The notes below the pieces were generated by a model. It had not been told where the DNA came from, made no database searches, and saw only the letters and a list, made by a program, of their open reading frames with translations. A stretch of 64,000 nt of DNA from positions 591 to 64,590 of the forward strand of contig NZ_DASPLO010000012.1 of NCBI RefSeq assembly GCF_035627495.1, given 5' to 3'. The position numbers and the translations under genes were made by a program. This stretch comes from Methylocaldum sp. (lineage in GTDB: Bacteria; Pseudomonadota; Gammaproteobacteria; Methylococcales; Methylococcaceae). Below, piece by piece: positions 35,414 to 44,234 of the stretch (positions are counted from its first letter, which is position 1; each line of letters begins with the position of its first letter).

Positions 35414-38400
35414 TCAATGTTTCTTAGTCCTTCTCCATTTTCGGCGACAAACGGACGTGGTCGAGGCTTGCTGTGGCGTGCGTTTGTCCAAGTCCAGCAA
35501 TATCTCGCGCGCCTGTGGGACGTTAAACTCCAGCATTCTCTCGAACAATGCAGTGCCCTGTGCCTGGTGGGGAGCACCTAAATCCTGGAGAACCAAGGCA
35601 ATGGTCACAAAGGACTCGCTCATTAAATAACGGGATGAGGCAATATTCCCCATATCCATTCCGGCGAAATCGAGAAGGATATTGCAAACCTTGTATACAC
35701 GTTCGGGTTCTACGTGAACAAGCTCTTCCAAACACTCACCCACGAATTCCGCCGATTGATAGCTAAGAATCGAGGGATAGTCGCAGAGGGTGTCGAGTAG
35801 TTCTCGGCTGGCCCAATCAGGAAGGAAACCTCCGAGACGGAAAATACTGGCAAGAGCCCTGAGGACAGCTTCATCCTGGTCTTCGAGCAGTTGCAAGAGA
35901 TAGCCATGAACAGTGTAGCGGTGCTGAGATTCCCGCCAAAGATGCGCTATCGAGTGAGCGACACCCACACGGACGGCACGTCGCTTTTCGTTCGTTTCAT
36001 CTCCATGGATGAGATCATTCAACCATTCGGCAATCCAGCATTCATCTGGGAACCAGACACGGCGCAGCATAACCAATTCGCCCATGCCTTGAGCGGCTGT
36101 CTCCCCGCCCTCTTTGAGCATCCTGTCTAACCAATGCTGGGCTACGTCCGGTTCGATCCAGTGCTGACAGTGCGCTAACAGATGCGCCCCTTCTAACGTA
36201 TCGAGGATGGACGGATAGGTTAGGAACAGCCCGTTCAGGAATGCTTGCGCACGGCTGCGGTCGGCGAGATGCAGCCACTGAAGATAGTGGAACATGGCGA
36301 TCCAGACGCGGGGAGATTCGGGGCGAAGCAGATGTCTTTGCAAGATGCTCAGCCAGTGATCCGTCCTAGGTGGCTGCGCAAGGAGACAGGCTTTCGACAA
36401 AGCCGCCAATATCGGGTAATTCCCATGCGGCAAGATCCTACCACCCGCAAGGTCCCAAAGCAGGCTGCCCTGCGCTTTTTTGCTTTCGTCATGCGACTCG
36501 CATGCCTCCTCTGAAGATTCGCCAGCGGGAGCAAGCCAAGTCTCCAGAATGCCGAACAGAGGTTCGGGCAAGGGATGATCGGCATCAACGGCCTTCTCCA
36601 CAGCCCTCGCTGCCGGGCGGCGGAAATGTTCACTGGCAAACCCTTTCTCTGCCAACTCCAAGATAAGACTATAGAACGCGTTGCGGTCATAGTTGGTTTT
36701 GGCCAAAGCCTCGAGGACATCACCCACCGGGATTTCGTTGTGTCCAGGCAGCATTTGCCGCACCAGCCGAACCGCACGCTCGGGGTCCCCTTCCGCCAAC
36801 TTTGCCAGCTCTCGCCCCGCCTGAATAGCTCCACCTTCCATCCTCTTTCTCGGATGGTCCCAACCGTATTCGTCCGTCAATTCGGAAAACAGGTTGAGTA
36901 CATCTTTATCTTGTGCGGCCTCCATCTGCTCGGCACTGACTCGGCTGCCGATCTCACGAAAACCTGAAAACCACATATCACGGTCATGGAGGTCAGGAAA
37001 AGCCCGTTCCTCTTCCTCCACATGGCGGCGGCAGATCGCGCTCATCCGTTCCCGTGGCAGGACCTTAAGCAACCGCAGCCTGTACTCCCGTGTCCAGCGT
37101 ATACGATTACGCCGAGTCTTAGCGTCATCATCCGGTACATGGCTGTAGCGGTTCCAACTCCGGAGAAGCTGCTCCAGACGCAGGAACTGCCCTGCGTCAA
37201 GGTGAGGGACCAGAACCTGTATCAGTTCCTTGGTGTTCCGATGAACGTCTGAATGTGAGCCTAGGACCAGTCGCCGTGGGTCCGCGCAAAGGAATTCGAG
37301 CGCAACATCGGGGTGGATTTTTACGATATGGGCCATGCCTTTCGCCAGGAGGCGCTGCACGAGCATGAGGTCGATTCCCTCATTGGCCTTCTGGAAGGCG
37401 AGAAAAGCGTCGGGCTGGCATTCCGCTAATTTTTCTACTGCCTGGACCATGGCGGTTAGGAAAGGCCGTTCGATGCGCGTTTCCCGTTCATCGTCAATGC
37501 CATCGATCAAGCTTAAGCCCTGTCGGTATCCCACTACGAAGAGATGAGCCTCCCGCGCAGTAGTGGTTATTACCTGTACGAACCAGGGCCAGACGGCATC
37601 TAAGAAGGCACCGGCGGCGGCTTCCGCCAGGGCGGGCAGGTCGTGCAACTCATATCCCTCCAGCAATTTACGACAACGTTTGAACTGGTTCGATTCTTGC
37701 CAGAGGTCCTGAAATGGGGTTTCGCTTTCTGCTACTTGAGTCTCCACGTGGGGTTCAGGCGGAAACTCCTTCTCCCACTCCCATCTGAACCAAGTCGCGA
37801 TCAACCGCGGAGCCTGTTCGGGCAGCTGCATGCTGACTACACCGGCCAGATGGTTCACGGCCCAAGCCGCCACATCGGTCCGGGTCAGAATGCGGCAACA
37901 GCGGTCCACTACGTCGGTCTGCCACCCACTGATATGCTCTAACACCCGCCAAGTGAGAACGTCCTTGTCCGCGTGGGGGAGCCAGTGGTCGTCGATCAGA
38001 TGGAGAACGCTGGGCTGATCAAAGTCGAGGGCTTTAATGAGGATGGGCACTACCGGCCATGCCTCCTGTGCTGACCTGACTATGATCATGGGCAGGTGAG
38101 TGGGCGAAAGCCGTGCAAACCAGCCCTGACTGCCGACTACGGCGGCAAGGATGCGGCTCTGATGCCAGGCATCATCGAACCTCTGGAAAAACAAGGCAGC
38201 TTCGGCAGGTTCAGGGTCCTGAAGCTGGCCTAGGAATTCGATCAACAACATGCGCAGGTGGAGGCGCAGTTCGGAATCCCAGAGTCGGCGGATTTCGTCC
38301 CGATAGGCGTGTCGGTCCACCGCTCGCATGTAGCCTAGAGCATGCCAGACTTGGGGACGTATACGTAGACTGTCTTGCCGCGCCAATACGGCTTCCATTA

Positions 38401-39721
38401 GTTGTCCGGCTGCGTCTAAGAAGGTTCGTGCTCGGACAAATTCAAACAGCGTCTGATGACGGAAACCGATACGTCCCCTTTCCTCAATCAGGACACCGGC
38501 CGCTTCCAGTTCCAGAATCACGGCATAGCGGTTCTCGAAGGCTGCCAGAGGCAGCCAAAGCACTTCCTGGTCCGCCATACGCTCGGTTAAGTCCAACAAC
38601 AGGCGACGGCGGTTGCCACTGGTATCACAAAGAACGGCCTGCTTCCACAGCGATTCAAGCATGTGCTGATAGCCTTGCAACAGCTCGGCCTCGTCGGTGG
38701 TCTTGATCAGACGTAGGAATGTATCTAGGGCATGTGGGGAGCGCAGATCCTCCCGCATGGTTTTATTCCAAGCCGCAGTCCGAACTCCATGGGCTTGCAG
38801 GGCAGCGTCTACCTGTTCCCAAGCAGGCAGAGCCAAGGTCAGGAGTTCAGCCTCTAGATTTCGCAGGCGCGGATCGTGGCGATGCTCGAACACTCGGCAG
38901 GAGGCTACCACATGCACGTTATCCAACCCGGCTAGATCGCGGATCAGTTCTAGCGGAACACGCAGGCGACTGGAATGCTGTACCACCAAGTCGGCCAGCG
39001 CATCGAGCTGATCCAACAGCACTACCACCTTGCTCTCCCGCGCCAGGGTACAGATACAATCCACGGCGGCCGCGGGTAGGCCAAGGTATTCCCCTAAGCC
39101 GTTCTGATCCTGAATAGATTCGGGCAGAAAATCTAGCTTGATGCCGAGAGCTGGAATGGAAGCTGCTTCGAGTTGCTGCCCCAAGCGGGCTAGCAAGGCC
39201 GACTTGCCGCAGCCAGGCTCGCCCACCAGCAAGGTCAAAGAGTGGATATCACCTTCGATGCGTTGCATCAGAGCATTCAGCTCCGGGCGTTCCAGCCATT
39301 GACCGTTTGACAGGGAGACCTGCCAAGTCAGCAGATCGGAGGATGCGCGGTGGAACAGGTTACGCAGCTCGTCAGTGGTAGGTGCCGGATTGCGTAGCTT
39401 GTCAAACGCTCGGTCAATACCGGTGCTGAGAGCACTGATTAACCCCGCTTCGTCAGAAAATACGCCAGGCCGTCGATCCCTGCTGACCTCGTCACGAAAT
39501 GCCGTGATCCTTTGCAGCTTTTCAGGATGATTCATATCGGACAAGGCAACATCCGGAATGCTCGTGCGCAGCAAGACAATCGTCGGAATCCCCTTAGCCT
39601 TCGCTCGGCGATATTCCAGATGGGTGATCGAGAGGTTCTCTGGATTATCCGCCTCGGGCTGGTGGCCATAACGGTGTCCAAGTATGAGTACGTAAATGTC
39701 GCAACCCTCAACGTCTTCCAA
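35414..39721 (-). CDS. STAND-type P-loop NTPase with DUF4062-like N-terminus and >1000-aa helical-repeat C-terminus (body after an in-frame amber)
   Basis: CDIYVLILGHRYGHQPE...ITHLEYRRAKAKGIPTIVLL is the second half of a DUF4062-type domain. Walker A LLVGEPGCGKS, Walker B VVVLLDQLDAL, and VVASCR follow, then a long Leu/Arg/Ala-rich helical region. Confidence 0.75.
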   Translation of the reverse strand: MEDVEGCDIYVLILGHRYGHQPEADNPENLSITHLEYRRAKAKGIPTIVLLRTSIPDVALSDMNHPEKLQRITAFRDEVSRDRRPGVFSDEAGLISALSTGIDRAFDKLRNPAPTTDELRNLFHRASSDLLTWQVSLSNGQWLERPELNALMQRIEGDIHSLTLLVGEPGCGKSALLARLGQQLEAASIPALGIKLDFLPESIQDQNGLGEYLGLPAAAVDCICTLARESKVVVLLDQLDALADLVVQHSSRLRVPLELIRDLAGLDNVHVVASCRVFEHRHDPRLRNLEAELLTLALPAWEQVDAALQAHGVRTAAWNKTMREDLRSPHALDTFLRLIKTTDEAELLQGYQHMLESLWKQAVLCDTSGNRRRLLLDLTERMADQEVLWLPLAAFENRYAVILELEAAGVLIEERGRIGFRHQTLFEFVRARTFLDAAGQLMEAVLARQDSLRIRPQVWHALGYMRAVDRHAYRDEIRRLWDSELRLHLRMLLIEFLGQLQDPEPAEAALFFQRFDDAWHQSRILAAVVGSQGWFARLSPTHLPMIIVRSAQEAWPVVPILIKALDFDQPSVLHLIDDHWLPHADKDVLTWRVLEHISGWQTDVVDRCCRILTRTDVAAWAVNHLAGVVSMQLPEQAPRLIATWFRWEWEKEFPPEPHVETQVAESETPFQDLWQESNQFKRCRKLLEGYELHDLPALAEAAAGAFLDAVWPWFVQVITTTAREAHLFVVGYRQGLSLIDGIDDERETRIERPFLTAMVQAVEKLAECQPDAFLAFQKANEGIDLMLVQRLLAKGMAHIVKIHPDVALEFLCADPRRLVLGSHSDVHRNTKELIQVLVPHLDAGQFLRLEQLLRSWNRYSHVPDDDAKTRRNRIRWTREYRLRLLKVLPRERMSAICRRHVEEEERAFPDLHDRDMWFSGFREIGSRVSAEQMEAAQDKDVLNLFSELTDEYGWDHPRKRMEGGAIQAGRELAKLAEGDPERAVRLVRQMLPGHNEIPVGDVLEALAKTNYDRNAFYSLILELAEKGFASEHFRRPAARAVEKAVDADHPLPEPLFGILETWLAPAGESSEEACESHDESKKAQGSLLWDLAGGRILPHGNYPILAALSKACLLAQPPRTDHWLSILQRHLLRPESPRVWIAMFHYLQWLHLADRSRAQAFLNGLFLTYPSILDTLEGAHLLAHCQHWIEPDVAQHWLDRMLKEGGETAAQGMGELVMLRRVWFPDECWIAEWLNDLIHGDETNEKRRAVRVGVAHSIAHLWRESQHRYTVHGYLLQLLEDQDEAVLRALASIFRLGGFLPDWASRELLDTLCDYPSILSYQSAEFVGECLEELVHVEPERVYKVCNILLDFAGMDMGNIASSRYLMSESFVTIALVLQDLGAPHQAQGTALFERMLEFNVPQAREILLDLDKRTPQQASTTSVCRRKWRRTKKH

Positions 39722-39793
39722 GCAGCTCTCACAGACCGTCTCACTGTCGGGGGCGTAACTGTGGACAGGTTGATGCCCCGCAGTGATCAGCTA

Positions 39794-39859
39794 GTCCATG
39801 ACCGCCTGGCGTTCGGCTTTAAGGTCGAGAAGGGTGGAGGAGACGTAAACTGTAGCCAT
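39794..39859 (-). other. 22-codon N-terminal segment of the STAND gene, upstream of in-frame TAG 39791-39793
   Basis: ATG 39859 MATVYVSSTLLDLKAERQAVMD, then TAG, then LITAGHQPVHSYAPDSETVCESCLEDVEGCD... in the same frame as ORF 35414..39721. Together these read as one DUF4062-like domain. Confidence 0.65.
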
Positions 39860-40131
39860 CAGCATCTTTCTTGAGTGGAATGCTAATTATTCACTTAAAA
39901 GAGCTATAAATTGTATTTCCATCTTACTGTGGATTTAGGCTTGAGCGTCTGTTCCTGGCCCAGTCTGTCTAAAAACGTGAAAATCGAAAATCTAATGGAG
40001 AGACTCAACTGGTTTTTGCCTGAACCTCCTGCCGAGGTGGAGTCAACGATTAAGAATTCACCCGGTTTTGACAGGTTAATGGAGTAAATTCCACGTCAGA
40101 ATGGCTCGCTCGTGAGTTTTTACACAGCCTG

Positions 40132-40315
40132 GGCCGAATGCGGTCCCTCTGAGGCTGGAAATGACGTTAGGCCGCAAAGATCAAACCCGCTCATCAGAAG
40201 TCAAATACCCAGCTTTCCCGATCCAACTGCCGCTGCAGAACGATCCGGTGCGGCGGTTGGATCAGCAGGGTCCAGGTTTGCTGGTGGTTTCGGTAAGGCT
40301 CCTTTACCGATTTGA
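40132..40315. repeat. direct repeat copy 2 (partner 21513-21700)
   Basis: Covers 62 nt downstream of the RES stop plus the last ~120 nt of the RES gene. Same orientation as copy 1. Confidence 0.8.
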
Positions 40316-40919
40316 ACGGCTGTGGCGCCAGCACGGCCAGGCAGAAACCGCCGGGCGCGCGGACCGATTCATAGCGAATCAGACCGATGCCGGCTTCCCG
40401 TGCGTGTTCCGCCAGCAATTGCGTTCCCGCGTAATCGACAGGGTGCGTCCAGGATTCCCGATCGGAGGCCAGGGGCGGCGCTGAAAGATCGATGGCTTTA
40501 TGGGCGTCCACATGAAATTCGAACAGCGTCAACTCGACGCTCGCGGAGCGGCCCGACAAGCCTTCGCTATCCAGCCAAAACCGCAGCCGCCAGTAGCTGC
40601 ATTCGGCGCAGGCCGTTCGGCGGTCCTCGGCGCCGTAAAAAACGCCGGGGTCGGCGCGTCGGCGAAATTGCGACCCGCCCGGCAGCGGCCAATAGCGGAA
40701 AGGCGTTGCCAACAGCCAGTGCAAGCCGTGGGCCTCGACGGGCAGGCGGGGCTTGGCTTCATCGAGGATGTCCTCCAGCAGCGTCTGATCTTCCAGATTG
40801 CCCGAGGTCAGGTGCATGGTGGCGACCCGATGCTGGGCCTCCACCGCCCGCCAGCCGTTCCCCCGCCAAGGGCGGGACTCAGACGCGAGCGCGGTGGGCG
40901 TCCAGATATTCGCAGGCAT
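40194..40919 (-). CDS. RES-domain toxin
   Basis: GWRAVEAQHRV, ATPFRYWP..GSQFRR, GVFYGAEDRRTACAECSYW, and IGLIRYESVRAPGGFCLAVL give the R-E-S pattern. Overlaps the antitoxin gene. Confidence 0.85.
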   Translation of the reverse strand: MPANIWTPTALASESRPWRGNGWRAVEAQHRVATMHLTSGNLEDQTLLEDILDEAKPRLPVEAHGLHWLLATPFRYWPLPGGSQFRRRADPGVFYGAEDRRTACAECSYWRLRFWLDSEGLSGRSASVELTLFEFHVDAHKAIDLSAPPLASDRESWTHPVDYAGTQLLAEHAREAGIGLIRYESVRAPGGFCLAVLAPQPFKSVKEPYRNHQQTWTLLIQPPHRIVLQRQLDRESWVFDF

Positions 40920-41259
40920 GTATCAGGCCGTCGACGCGCTTGATGACCTCCATCGGCCGCTGTCCGTCGAAGGCGCGGTTGGTCGATTTCAACCAGCTTC
41001 GGGCCAGCTCGTCGTCGCCGCCTACCAGCGAGGACAGCGAACGATACAGGCGCACGAAATGGGCGGCCAGCTCCCAGGGCTTGCCGCCTTCGGGAAGGGC
41101 GTATCGGCCGTTCAACAGCCGGGAAGCGGTCGGTTGGCTGGCACCGATGATGCCTTTCAGATCGCTGGGACCCAATCCCAGGCGGCGAGCGGCCTCGATC
41201 ACCGCTTGAGTGAGGACGCGTGAGCGGTCTGTAGCAGGAGCGGAAGCCGAGCGTGTCAT
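40879..41259 (-). CDS. Xre-like/DUF2384 antitoxin of the RES toxin
   Basis: LGLGPSDLKGIIGASQPTASRLLNG (HTH), and the C-terminal ARSWLKSTNRAFDGQRPMEVI is typical of DUF2384. ATG at 41259 follows AGGGA; an alternative ATG is at 41274. Confidence 0.8.
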   Translation of the reverse strand: MTRSASAPATDRSRVLTQAVIEAARRLGLGPSDLKGIIGASQPTASRLLNGRYALPEGGKPWELAAHFVRLYRSLSSLVGGDDELARSWLKSTNRAFDGQRPMEVIKRVDGLIHACEYLDAHRARV

Positions 41260-41344
41260 GGTGTCGTCCCTCATTTGCTTGCCGATATATTTATTCTCAG
41301 GAATAAAATTATCACAAAATATCTTATGTGAATATCCATTAGAG

Positions 41345-41478
41345 GGCGGCGTTTGCAAAACCAGCCAGGAATTATTGGAACTCTTCATGCATCTACAGGA
41401 GCCCCCGCTTTCTCGATGCGAAAAATTCTCAACCGGCTGACAATCCGAACCTCGTTTTCCCTACTCAGAAGATTGGCC
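41345..41478 (+). pseudogene. frameshifted remnant of the modE linker region
   Basis: Nucleotide-level match to modE 5865-5988 (CCAGGAATTATTGGAACTCTT..., AACCTCGTTTTCC...). The ModE frame reads SQELLELFMHLQEPPLSRCEKFSTG* and then breaks. The HTH-coding part is absent. Confidence 0.7.
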
Positions 41479-41694
41479 ATGAAAGCAAGCGCGCGCAATC
41501 AGTTGAAAGGCATGGTCAAACATATACAAAAGGGCGCGGTGAATTCCGAAATCGTGATCGAATTGGCAGGCGGTGACTCGGTGGCCGCCACCGTAACCAA
41601 CGAGAGCGTGGATTCGATGGGACTCCGCGTGGGCGATACGGCGTGCGCCGTGTTCAAGGCGGGGTCGGTCGTTCTCGGGGTTGCGGCTTCTTAA
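41479..41694 (+). CDS. single-domain Mop/TOBE molbindin derived from a modE-like gene
   Basis: MKASARNQLKGMVKHIQKGAVNSEIVIELAGGDSVAATVTNESVDSMGLRVGDTACAVFKAGSVVLGVAAS corresponds to the ModE Mop1 start fused to Mop2. Confidence 0.75.
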   Translation: MKASARNQLKGMVKHIQKGAVNSEIVIELAGGDSVAATVTNESVDSMGLRVGDTACAVFKAGSVVLGVAAS

Positions 41695-41754
41695 CCGCAC
41701 TCTGTTGACTTACGGTCGGTATTCGCCCCCCTAACCCAGAAAGGCCAAAACCAC

Positions 41755-44193
41755 ATGGATTCGCTAGCCGTATTCTTCGATCAGCAAACCAGGCTTCACG
41801 GCTCCCGGACAGCCGTTCGCTACCGGCCGAGATATCGGACCATCCGCTGGAGTTACGACGAGTTGAGGGAGCACGTACTCGGACTGACGCAAGCACTGTC
41901 CGCACATGGCGTCGAATCGGGAGACCGGGTCGTTCTTTGCGCCGAAAACTCGCCGTACTGGGTCGCGGCCTTTTTCGCTATCCTAGCCCGTGGCGGAGTG
42001 GTGGTTCCGCTGAATCCGAAAAGCACACCGGACCAGATCAACCGGATCAGCAAGTCCGCCGAGCCTAAGCTCGCCCTGCTGTCGTCCTCGCTCGTCTGGC
42101 CCAATGAGGCCGTGCCTTTCTTGCCGGTTGATTCGGCCTACCCCATTGACGAAGCTGCGGCCATTCGGGATCGGACCATATTCGAGAAACCCGGCGAACT
42201 TGCCGAGATCATCTATACCTCGGGGACTACCGGCGATCCGAAGGGTGTCATGCTCTCTCATCGAAATCTCCTGGCCGATCTCGACGCCGTGGCGAAAGCG
42301 GTACCTTTGACGCCCGACGATCATGTCCTCACCTTGCTCCCGCTGTTTCACGTATTCGGTCAAATGACGAGCCTCTTGTGCTCGCTGCACAGCGGATGCT
42401 CGGTCACCTACCTCGCCGCCCCGACGACCCGCGCCATCCGCGAAGCCCTGACCCATACGCCGGCGACTCATCTGGTCGTGGTGCCCGAAGTGCTCAAAAC
42501 GATGATGGACCGTCTCGAAAGCCGGCTGGGCCGAATGCCGGGTTTTCTCCGGCGCGTGCTGCGCGACCGCATCCGCTCCCGCATCTCCGGCACGCTGCGG
42601 ACCATCGTGTGCGGCGGCGCGCCGCTCGATCCGACGCTCGAGGAAAAATGGTGGAACCTCGGCTTCGAAGTCCTGCAAGGCTACGGACTCACCGAAACGA
42701 GCCCCGTCATCAGTACGAACACCTCCGCTGCCCACCGTACGGGATCGGTCGGAAAACCCTTAGACGGAGTCGAGGTCAGGCTCGCTCAGGACAGCGAGAT
42801 TCTGGTCCGCGGCCCGATCGTGATGCACGGATACTATCGGGATGCTCAACGCACCGAAGCCGTTCTGGCCAATGGCTGGCTCAAAACCGAGGATGCCGGA
42901 CGATTCGACGAAGACGGATTTCTGTATGTTTTCGGGCGCAAGAAATACATGATCCTCGGACCGAGCGGCGAAAACGTCTTTCCGGAGGATCTGGAAGCCG
43001 AGCTGAACCGCGTTCCCGGCGTCATCGACAGCGCCGTGGTCGGCTTGCCGAAAGACGGCCGGACCATCATTCACGCCGCGCTCCTCTGCGAGCCTAACCA
43101 GGCTGCCGGCATCGTGGCCGAGACCAACCGTCACTTGGCGCCGCACCAACAAATCATGAGCTGGTCGGTCTGGCCCGAACCCGATTTTCCACGCTCCGTC
43201 ACGCGCAAAGTAAAAAAAGAGGAGGTCATCAAGAAACTCGGCAGCCAGCCTGCCAGCCAAGCGCCCCAAGGCGGACGGATCACGCCGCTCAAGCGGCTGC
43301 TGGCCGAGGTGACGCAAACCGATATCGGAGCCGTCGGCGATTCGACGCAAATCGTATCCGACCTGAATCTGGATTCTCTGCTGCGGATCGAACTGGTTTC
43401 GCGGATCGAGGACGAACTCGGGGTTTACGTCGAAGAAGTGCAAATCACGCCGGAGCTGACTGTCGCCGACTTGGAAGCGCTGGTGCAAAGCCAAAAGGGG
43501 CAAATGCCCAAGCTCGGCCGATATCCGCGCTGGTCGAACTCCGCCTGGGCCAGCCGATTACGTCCTTTGGCACAACAGATTCTCTTCCGCTGGTGGCTTC
43601 CGGCCTTTTGCAGGTTGCGCGTAGACGGCGAGGAGCACCTGGCGAACCTCCCGGAGCCCGTGATTTTCATGGCGAATCACCGCAGTTTCCTCGATCCCGT
43701 CATCGCAACCTGGGTCATTCCCGCAGCCGTTCGCTCGCGCCTCGGCATCGCGGCCGGCACCGAGGTACTTTACGGCGAGTACGGGTGGTTTGCGCCGCTG
43801 GCGGAACTCACGTTCAATTCCTTTCCGTTTCCCACCCGGGCCGACGAAAACATCCGGCCGGGACTCGATTATACCGGCCGCATGCTCGATGACGGCTGGA
43901 ACGTTCTGATTTTCCCCGAAGGACAACTGAACCGTTCCGAACGGCCGCTGCTGAGCTTGAAAGGCGGTACCGGTGTGGTCGCCGTCGAGATGGGAGTTCC
44001 CGTCGTTCCACTAGTCATCCAGGGGTCGGAGAAAATCCTGCCTCCCGGCGCGATCCTCCCGAAGAGACGGAGTCAAGTGACCGTGCGCTTTGGGCAGCCT
44101 CTACGTCTGGCGGGAGAGGGATACGCTGACGCAACGGCGCGCATCGAATCGCATCTGCGGCATTTACTGGGAGATTGGGAAGGAAGCGAATGA
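41755..44193 (+). CDS. tri-domain acyl-AMP ligase / acyl carrier domain / PlsC-type acyltransferase
   Basis: AMP-binding cores IIYTSGTTGDPKGV, YGLTETSP and GWLKTEDAGRFDEDGFLYVFGRKK. Carrier domain SDLNLDSLLRIEL. Acyltransferase motifs MANHRSFLD (HX4D) and IFPEGQ. Confidence 0.8.
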   Translation: MDSLAVFFDQQTRLHGSRTAVRYRPRYRTIRWSYDELREHVLGLTQALSAHGVESGDRVVLCAENSPYWVAAFFAILARGGVVVPLNPKSTPDQINRISKSAEPKLALLSSSLVWPNEAVPFLPVDSAYPIDEAAAIRDRTIFEKPGELAEIIYTSGTTGDPKGVMLSHRNLLADLDAVAKAVPLTPDDHVLTLLPLFHVFGQMTSLLCSLHSGCSVTYLAAPTTRAIREALTHTPATHLVVVPEVLKTMMDRLESRLGRMPGFLRRVLRDRIRSRISGTLRTIVCGGAPLDPTLEEKWWNLGFEVLQGYGLTETSPVISTNTSAAHRTGSVGKPLDGVEVRLAQDSEILVRGPIVMHGYYRDAQRTEAVLANGWLKTEDAGRFDEDGFLYVFGRKKYMILGPSGENVFPEDLEAELNRVPGVIDSAVVGLPKDGRTIIHAALLCEPNQAAGIVAETNRHLAPHQQIMSWSVWPEPDFPRSVTRKVKKEEVIKKLGSQPASQAPQGGRITPLKRLLAEVTQTDIGAVGDSTQIVSDLNLDSLLRIELVSRIEDELGVYVEEVQITPELTVADLEALVQSQKGQMPKLGRYPRWSNSAWASRLRPLAQQILFRWWLPAFCRLRVDGEEHLANLPEPVIFMANHRSFLDPVIATWVIPAAVRSRLGIAAGTEVLYGEYGWFAPLAELTFNSFPFPTRADENIRPGLDYTGRMLDDGWNVLIFPEGQLNRSERPLLSLKGGTGVVAVEMGVPVVPLVIQGSEKILPPGAILPKRRSQVTVRFGQPLRLAGEGYADATARIESHLRHLLGDWEGSE

Positions 44194-44234
44194 GCCGACG
44201 CCATCCCCGGCGGCATCGGCCATCCGAGAAGCGG

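Noticed and set aside
21700-40132. The 18.5-kb block between the RES-derived direct repeats, considered as an integrated mobile element or genomic island with att sites.
   Set aside because: No integrase, recombinase, conjugation or phage genes, and no tRNA, lie within or beside it. Its composition is mostly host-like. I report the repeats but do not call a mobile element.
40185-40200. The CUGAUGAG motif (minus strand) right at the RES stop, also present in the remnant copy at 21561-21568, resembles the hammerhead ribozyme core.
   Set aside because: No downstream GAAA box on the same strand, and I could not draw the three required stems. In the intact copy the motif simply contains the toxin's UGA stop followed by a second in-frame UGA.
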